A stretch of 11,273 bases of DNA, from UHGV virus genome UHGV-1977856; one strand, written 5' to 3'. How positions within the stretch are numbered: the stretch's first letter is position 1; each line of letters starts with the position of its first letter. Below the pieces are notes generated by a model. It saw only the letters and a list, made by a program, of their open reading frames with translations. It did no database searches and had not been told where the DNA came from. This document shows, piece by piece, positions 6,961-11,273 of this stretch. A program made the translations under genes and the position numbers. The stretch is from a virus.

Positions 6961-7034
6961 CGGGTCCTCCCGATGGAGTGGCCTTGCCACGGGGCGGGAG
7001 CGGCGCGGAAAAAGGCTGGTTTTTGCATTTTCAT
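6954..7034. repeat. Copy A of a duplicated ~80-bp GC-rich element containing a cosN-like motif
   Basis: Near-identical to 9489-9570; differs only in an internal segment (atggagtggcc versus gtgtggtgtcc). Contains ACGGGGCGGGAGCGGCGCGG at 6989-7008. Confidence 0.75.
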
Positions 7035-7345
7035 GGCGGCGGCAGCATGTGTGATAATTTATTGATAATTAAAAATTATTTCTGTTTTTACCTGTACAAT
7101 ATTTTTTTCTCCATGTCATTAGACCAGTTTGCAATTAATTGAAATATATAAATAAATTTGTTTTTCACCTGCCAGATGGAGTTGCCTGTGCAAAATGTGT
7201 TCAGATGGCGGGATATTTATGCCGGATTCTCTCCGGCTTTTTTGTGTCTGAATCTGATCAATCTATTTTTATGATAGAAATATGTTTATCTACCACTTTT
7301 ATCGATCAATAATGCGCGCAGTTTAGTCAGTAAGAGGAAGTTACT

Positions 7346-7555
7346 GTGAATTGTATTAACGACCTGAACACAGGCGAGGTAAAAGGTGGTTCCGTTCATC
7401 TGGATGCGCAGACCGTTATGCGCCTTAAGCAGTACAGGATCGACCACATAAATCATCATCCTGACCAACCATTACCAGGTGTGGCGCAGATTGTCAGACA
7501 CGCAGTTAACGCGTGGCTTGATAAGAATGGTTTTGCATCTGGGGGTGAGCAATGA
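7346..7555 (+). CDS. Hypothetical small protein (69 aa), first gene of the capsid operon
   Basis: GTG start with a strong SD (aagaggaag, about 6-nt spacing); its stop overlaps the protease::MCP start (ATGA). Confidence 0.55.
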   Translation: MNCINDLNTGEVKGGSVHLDAQTVMRLKQYRIDHINHHPDQPLPGVAQIVRHAVNAWLDKNGFASGGEQ

Positions 7556-9465
7556 ATCACTGGTACACCATTAAGGCGGCGGGTGTTCGCGGAGCGGCAG
7601 AAATATCCATCTATGAAGAAATTGGCGGCTTCGGTATCACCGCGAAGCAGTTTGCGGAAGACCTGAAAGCCCTGGGCGATGTCTCACATATCGACCTGCG
7701 GATCCATTCGCCAGGTGGTGACGTGTTTGAAGGCATCGCCATCTATAACCTGTTACGGAATCATCCGGCAGAAATTACGGTTTATATCGATGGTGTTGCG
7801 GCTTCAATGGCTTCGGTTGTCGCAATGGCTGGCGATCGTGTTGTGATGCCGGAAAACGCCATGATGATGATACATAAGCCGTGGGGTATCTCTGGCGGAA
7901 ATGCTGGTGATATGCGTGATTATGCTGATTTGCTGGATAAGGTGGAAACCGTGTTAGTCCCTGCTTATGCCAGAAAAACGGGCAAATCAGCACAGGAAAT
8001 TACCGCCATGCTGGAAGATGAAACCTGGATGGACGGGAAAGAATGCCTTAAGCACGGTTTTGCTGATGAATTGTTGCCATCTGTCACAGCAATGGCGCGA
8101 ATTGAATCGAAACGCACAGGAGATTTTTCACACATGCCGGAAACCATTAAAGGAATGATTACCCCGCCACAGGGAGCAGCCAATATTGCTGGTAATGAAC
8201 AGAAGCGCATCAACGGAATAAGTGAAGTGTTTAGCCTGTTCGGCAGTCGTTACGACGGGATCAAAATGGCGTGCCTGGAAGATGCATCATGTACACCGGA
8301 GATGGCCCGTGAAAAGTTGTTGAACGAGATGGGGCGCGAGTCCACGCCATCCAATAAAAATACCCCGGCTCATATTTATGCCGGTAACGGGAACATAACA
8401 GGCGATGCAATTCGTCAGGGGCTTTATTCCCGTCTCGGGTATGAACGCCCAGAGCGGGGAAATCCTTACGCGATGATGAGCCTTTTTGAAATGGCCCAGG
8501 CATCACTAACGGATCGTGGTATCAGTGTTGGCGGTTTTTTAAATCGCTCGCAGGTCGTTAATGCAGCTTTCACACACAGCAGCAGCGATTTTTCTCACAT
8601 TCTGGCTGGTGGTGCTGAAAAATCAGTACTGAAAGGCTGGCAGGACAGCGGCGAAACGTTCCAGAAATGGACGCGTACCGGATCGCTTTCAAACTTTCAT
8701 GAAGCAAAGCGCGTTGGTCTGAATGGTTTTTCAAAGCTGGATAAAGTACCGGAAGGTGCGGAATATAAATACATCACCACCAGCGATAAAGGTGTACCTA
8801 TTGCGCTGGCCACATACGGTAATATTTTTTCTGTTACCCGTCAGGCCATTATCAACGATGACCTGACCCAGTTAACTACAATCCCCATGGCGATGGGGCG
8901 TGCGGCCGCCAGAACAGTAGGTAATCTGGTTTATCTTCTGTTAACCAGCAACGGCAAATTTACGGATAGTAAAGCGTTATTCCATGCCGATCATAAAAAT
9001 CTTATTGCGAAGGATATGGACATGGAGGGGCTTAACGAAGCCCGTAAGCTGATGCGACTACAGGAGGATGCCAACGGCGACTCCCTGAATATTACCCCCG
9101 CATTTGTCCTGGTCCCCGCCGCGCTGGAGTCTGCCGCACATCGCGCCATTCTGTCATCGTCATCACTCTTTCCGGTTGATGGTGATGGCACTATCAATCA
9201 GAACCCCGGCATCATTAACGTGGTGAAAGATATGGCTGAGGTTATTGTTGAGCCACGTCTTGATAAGAACAATAACAAGGAGTGGTATGTAGCCGCAGCG
9301 AAAGGGATGGACACGATAGAGGTCGCTTATCTTGATGGTATTGATACGCCATATCTTGAGGAGCAGGTGGGCTTTACTGTTGATGGTGTCGCCTGGAAGG
9401 TGCGCATAGATGCAGGTGTCGCGGCCCTCGATTATCGTGGACTACTGAAATCGAACGGAGCATGA
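7552..9465 (+). CDS. Fusion protein: ClpP-like (S14) prohead protease N-terminal domain + HK97-fold / Mu gpT-like major capsid protein C-terminal domain
   Basis: 637 aa. N-terminus carries ClpP motifs (HSPGGDVFEGIAIYNLL...IDGVAASMASVVAMAGDRVVMPENAMMMIHKPWG). C-terminal ~330 aa fit the major-head-subunit pattern (KYITTSDKGVPIALATYGNIFSVTRQAIINDDL...IPMAMGRAAART...ITPAFVLVPAALESAA). Confidence 0.85.
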   Translation: MNHWYTIKAAGVRGAAEISIYEEIGGFGITAKQFAEDLKALGDVSHIDLRIHSPGGDVFEGIAIYNLLRNHPAEITVYIDGVAASMASVVAMAGDRVVMPENAMMMIHKPWGISGGNAGDMRDYADLLDKVETVLVPAYARKTGKSAQEITAMLEDETWMDGKECLKHGFADELLPSVTAMARIESKRTGDFSHMPETIKGMITPPQGAANIAGNEQKRINGISEVFSLFGSRYDGIKMACLEDASCTPEMAREKLLNEMGRESTPSNKNTPAHIYAGNGNITGDAIRQGLYSRLGYERPERGNPYAMMSLFEMAQASLTDRGISVGGFLNRSQVVNAAFTHSSSDFSHILAGGAEKSVLKGWQDSGETFQKWTRTGSLSNFHEAKRVGLNGFSKLDKVPEGAEYKYITTSDKGVPIALATYGNIFSVTRQAIINDDLTQLTTIPMAMGRAAARTVGNLVYLLLTSNGKFTDSKALFHADHKNLIAKDMDMEGLNEARKLMRLQEDANGDSLNITPAFVLVPAALESAAHRAILSSSSLFPVDGDGTINQNPGIINVVKDMAEVIVEPRLDKNNNKEWYVAAAKGMDTIEVAYLDGIDTPYLEEQVGFTVDGVAWKVRIDAGVAALDYRGLLKSNGA

Positions 9466-9472
9466 CAACAAG

Positions 9473-9495
9473 GGCGGCGACAGCCGCCTTTTTTT
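9473..9495 (+). terminator. Rho-independent terminator after the capsid gene; stem overlaps a lambda cohesive-end-like GGGCGGCGAC
   Basis: Hairpin ggcggc-gaca-gccgcc followed by ttttttt, 8 nt after the stop. Confidence 0.65.
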
Positions 9496-9570
9496 ACGGG
9501 TCCTCCCGGTGTGGTGTCCTTGCCACGGGGCGGGAGCGGCGCGGAAAAAGGCTGGTTTTTGCATTTTCAT
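9489..9570. repeat. Copy B of the duplicated ~80-bp GC-rich element containing a cosN-like motif
   Basis: Matches 6954-7034. Contains ACGGGGCGGGAGCGGCGCGG at 9525-9544. Confidence 0.75.
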
Positions 9571-9723
9571 TCGTCATTATCATCTTTCTATCATATTGAA
9601 TATTAAGTGTTTTTATTTTTGGTATGTTAATTTCGCTTATTTTGTGTTCAACATGCAGCGCGTTTTTTGACCTTTTTTGAAAGATATTTGCAAGATGCAT
9701 GTTTAAAACATTCTGGAGCGGGT

Positions 9724-10209
9724 ATGGATCGGGAACTGAAAAATCTGATGCTGAACATTAACCAGCTGGCGGCGATAGCGGGAATATGTCGCCAGACTGC
9801 GGCGGCAAGGCTGAAAAATATCCAGCCAGCCGGAGGACATGACAAGCTGAAACTCTATCGGGTGACTGACATTCTGACCTGTTTTCTTGATCTTCCCGTT
9901 CCGGCATCACTGGAAGAAATGGAGCCACACGACCGTAAGGCCTGGTATCAGTCCGAACGTGAGCGCCTCAAGTTCGAACAGGAAACGGCGCAACTCATAC
10001 CCGCCGATGATGTGCGAAAAGAGATGGCTATATGGGGAGAAATCGTAAGCGAGGAACTGGAAAAACTCCCCAGTATTCTGGCACGTGATGCTGGGCTTAA
10101 ACCGATGGCAGTAAACAGAGTGCAGTCAATTATTGACGATTTGTGTAATCAGATTATCAGCCGGATGGTGAAAAATGACGTAGTGAATGAGGTCGCAAAA
10201 CAGGCATGA
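9724..10209 (+). CDS. Small terminase subunit, lambda Nu1-like (N-terminal winged-HTH); candidate packaging-specificity / redirection protein
   Basis: ATG 9724 has an SD (GGAG, 7-nt spacing); the ORF-track start 9667 is a TTG. The 162-aa product parallels lambda gpNu1 in length and pattern: NINQLAAIAGICRQTAAARL / AGGHDKLKLYRVTDIL versus Nu1 NKKQLADIFGASIRTIQNW / GGGKGNEVLYDSAAVI, and C-terminal EIVSEELEKLPSILARD versus IAGEIASILDGLPLSV (Nu1 recalled from memory). Confidence 0.7.
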   Translation: MDRELKNLMLNINQLAAIAGICRQTAAARLKNIQPAGGHDKLKLYRVTDILTCFLDLPVPASLEEMEPHDRKAWYQSERERLKFEQETAQLIPADDVRKEMAIWGEIVSEELEKLPSILARDAGLKPMAVNRVQSIIDDLCNQIISRMVKNDVVNEVAKQA

Positions 10210-10493
10210 TAATGACCGAATCTGAAATACTGCGATTAATCCGCCGTGCTGGTGGAATCAGCCAGCTGGCTGACGAACATGCCAAGCAGCCGGATACAGT
10301 CACCGCTGAAAATTACGCGCGTGTGGTGGCTGAGGTGATGCACCGTGACGGTATTGAGTTTAACGGCGTGGATATGCGCAATATACGCACCAGAGTTCTG
10401 GAGATGTTGTCATACCGTCGCCGCGTGCAGATGTACCAGGAGAAAGAAAAAATTACGTACCGGTGGAAGAAGCCGGAGCGGTTACGACGTTAA
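10206..10493 (+). CDS. Hypothetical protein (95 aa) translationally coupled to the small terminase
   Basis: ATGA overlap with the TerS stop; protein-like composition; no recognisable domain. It occupies the position where lambda has gene A, but is far too small to be a large terminase. Confidence 0.5.
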   Translation: MIMTESEILRLIRRAGGISQLADEHAKQPDTVTAENYARVVAEVMHRDGIEFNGVDMRNIRTRVLEMLSYRRRVQMYQEKEKITYRWKKPERLRR

Positions 10494-10499
10494 CTTGTG

Positions 10500-10539
10500 G
10501 TGACATACCGTGACGGAGAGTGACACACAGTGACAAAAA
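10500..10539 (+). repeat. Four tandem 10-bp repeats with a GTGAC core
   Basis: gtgacatacc gtgacggaga gtgacacaca gtgacaaaaa, exactly 10-bp period, beginning 7 nt after the stop of the last gene. Confidence 0.55.
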
Positions 10540-11025
10540 AGACGGTATTTAAATCGGGTGGTGTTTAATACCCCCAGGGGGATAGAAATCCCTACACCTC
10601 ATTGCTTATGGGACCGCCCGCCTACCCTTGTTCACATCGCCGCAGGTTCGAAAACTTTTTTTGGGAAGGTGTGCACGGGATTGATAGATGAGGTCTATCT
10701 ATAAAAAATCACAAAATCCGCGCCATTGCTGGATCCGCCAAAAATCCCCCACCTTACGGCAGACAAAGAAAACGCGAATTATGGGCCTGTTGCAGAGAAA
10801 AAAGGTCTCACTAGTTTTGCGCACCCTAGCATCGAGGTTCGTCAGCCTCCCATCAGCAACCAGATAACTAATCTCGCTGGTGGGCATGATGCCGATATGG
10901 GGACTTCCATAACGGTTTATCCGTGATCATCCACCAGCTTCATGGCGGATAGCCGGAAAATGATAACGGTATAGCCCGTCGCTTGTGTCTATTTGTTCCG
11001 CATTGTTGCATACAGTGCACCGAAC

Positions 11026-11050
11026 GGTGTAGTTAATGGTGTAGTTAATT
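11026..11050. repeat. Right terminal direct repeat ggtgtagttaatggtgtagttaatt
   Basis: Exact 25-bp match to 387-411. Confidence 0.6.
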
Positions 11051-11267
11051 TGCGATTTTTAACGTTATTTGCAGCGATGTTTGTTGGTTAAATTCAATAA
11101 GTTATGCGCATTTAATTATAAATATCGTGAATGAATAATCATGCATAAGCATTTTGCTTAAAATATCGGCAATATTTGGAACTTATTACTGGAATTTTGG
11201 GTAATACGTTGTTGGACCGACCCGGTCTGGTTATCATATCGCGCTCTTAATTGCGGGAGGATGTAAC

Positions 11268-11273
11268 ATGAAC
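11268..11273 (+). CDS. Start of an unidentified flanking gene (truncated by the window end)
   Basis: SD gggagg at 11255-11260 followed by ATG at 11268; only two codons are visible. Confidence 0.3.

Larger units (their letters stand above)
9472..9620 (+). other. Candidate cos site (cosN-like plus cosB-like) upstream of the small-terminase gene
   Basis: From memory of the lambda cos region: GGGCGGCGAC at 9472-9481 matches the first 10 nt of the lambda cohesive end; ACGGGGCGG-N6-CGCGG at 9525-9544 matches the lambda cos junction at 15 of 20 ungapped positions; ttcgtcat at 9570-9577 and ttaagtgtttttattt at 9603-9618 resemble the lambda segment between cosN and Nu1. Order and position relative to the Nu1-like gene parallel lambda. 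Confidence 0.5.
243..11130. mobile_element. Integrated phage-satellite-like island (PICI-like); boundaries approximate
   Basis: Gene order int - alpA - regulatory switch - small-gene operon - rep - iteron ori - ssb - capsid - small terminase. Identical 25-bp direct repeats at 387-411 and 11026-11050, and a weaker 16-bp near-repeat at 243-258 / 11115-11130. Boundaries are inferred, not proven. Confidence 0.55.

Noticed and set aside
7052-7070. Direct repeat tgataatt x2 (7052-7059, 7063-7070) and nearby AT-rich palindrome in the capsid operon leader as an operator or activator site
   Set aside because: Short AT-rich repeats are expected by chance in a ~300-bp AT-rich leader; no supporting second copy elsewhere. 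Possible promoter region but not specific enough to call.
7775-9197. Internal ORFs within the protease::MCP gene (7775-7993, 7965-8213, 7967-8158, 8261-8506, 8991-9197)
   Set aside because: Shadow ORFs of a gene with clear ClpP and capsid motifs.
9494-9845. - strand ORFs across the cos-like region and the TerS start (9494-9700, 9648-9845)
   Set aside because: Cross the AT-rich leader and the duplicated element; antisense to the Nu1-like gene; no SD.
10830-10875. tRNA-like 3' fragment (gaggttcgtcagcctcc...cagcaacca) as a possible tRNA attachment remnant
   Set aside because: The T-arm does not pair canonically and the conserved T-loop A58 position is not satisfied; it lies about 160 bp inside the right repeat rather than at the boundary. 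Could not be supported as a tRNA or tmRNA fragment by eye.
1-11273. CRISPR arrays, insertion sequences / transposase genes, rRNA or canonical tRNA genes
   Set aside because: No regularly spaced repeat-spacer array, no transposase-like ORF or terminal inverted repeats, and no sequence folding into a canonical tRNA were seen.

Overview
The window appears to hold one compact integrated mobile element of about 10.9 kb (roughly 243..11130) with the gene order of a phage satellite (PICI-like), flanked by short stretches of apparent host DNA. Almost all genes are on the + strand: a P4-type tyrosine integrase, an AlpA-family regulator, a divergent ribbon-helix-helix (RHH) regulator with an inverted-repeat operator, five translationally coupled small ORFs, a RepA-like helicase/initiator, an iteron origin, an SSB, a fused ClpP-like protease::major capsid protein, and a lambda Nu1-like small terminase. 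No portal, large terminase or tail genes are present. An ~80-bp GC-rich element occurs twice, once upstream of the capsid gene and once upstream of the terminase gene; both copies contain a motif resembling the phage lambda cosN junction, and the second copy is followed by cosB-like sequence. The element is bracketed by identical 25-bp direct repeats (a tandem 12-mer) and contains two 10-bp-phased motif arrays. My working hypothesis is a cos-packaging satellite that supplies its own capsid shell and small terminase while borrowing portal, large terminase and tail from a lambda-like helper; I am not aware of a described satellite class with this gene set. All protein-family calls are from reading the translations and all lambda comparisons are from memory; no database search was run.
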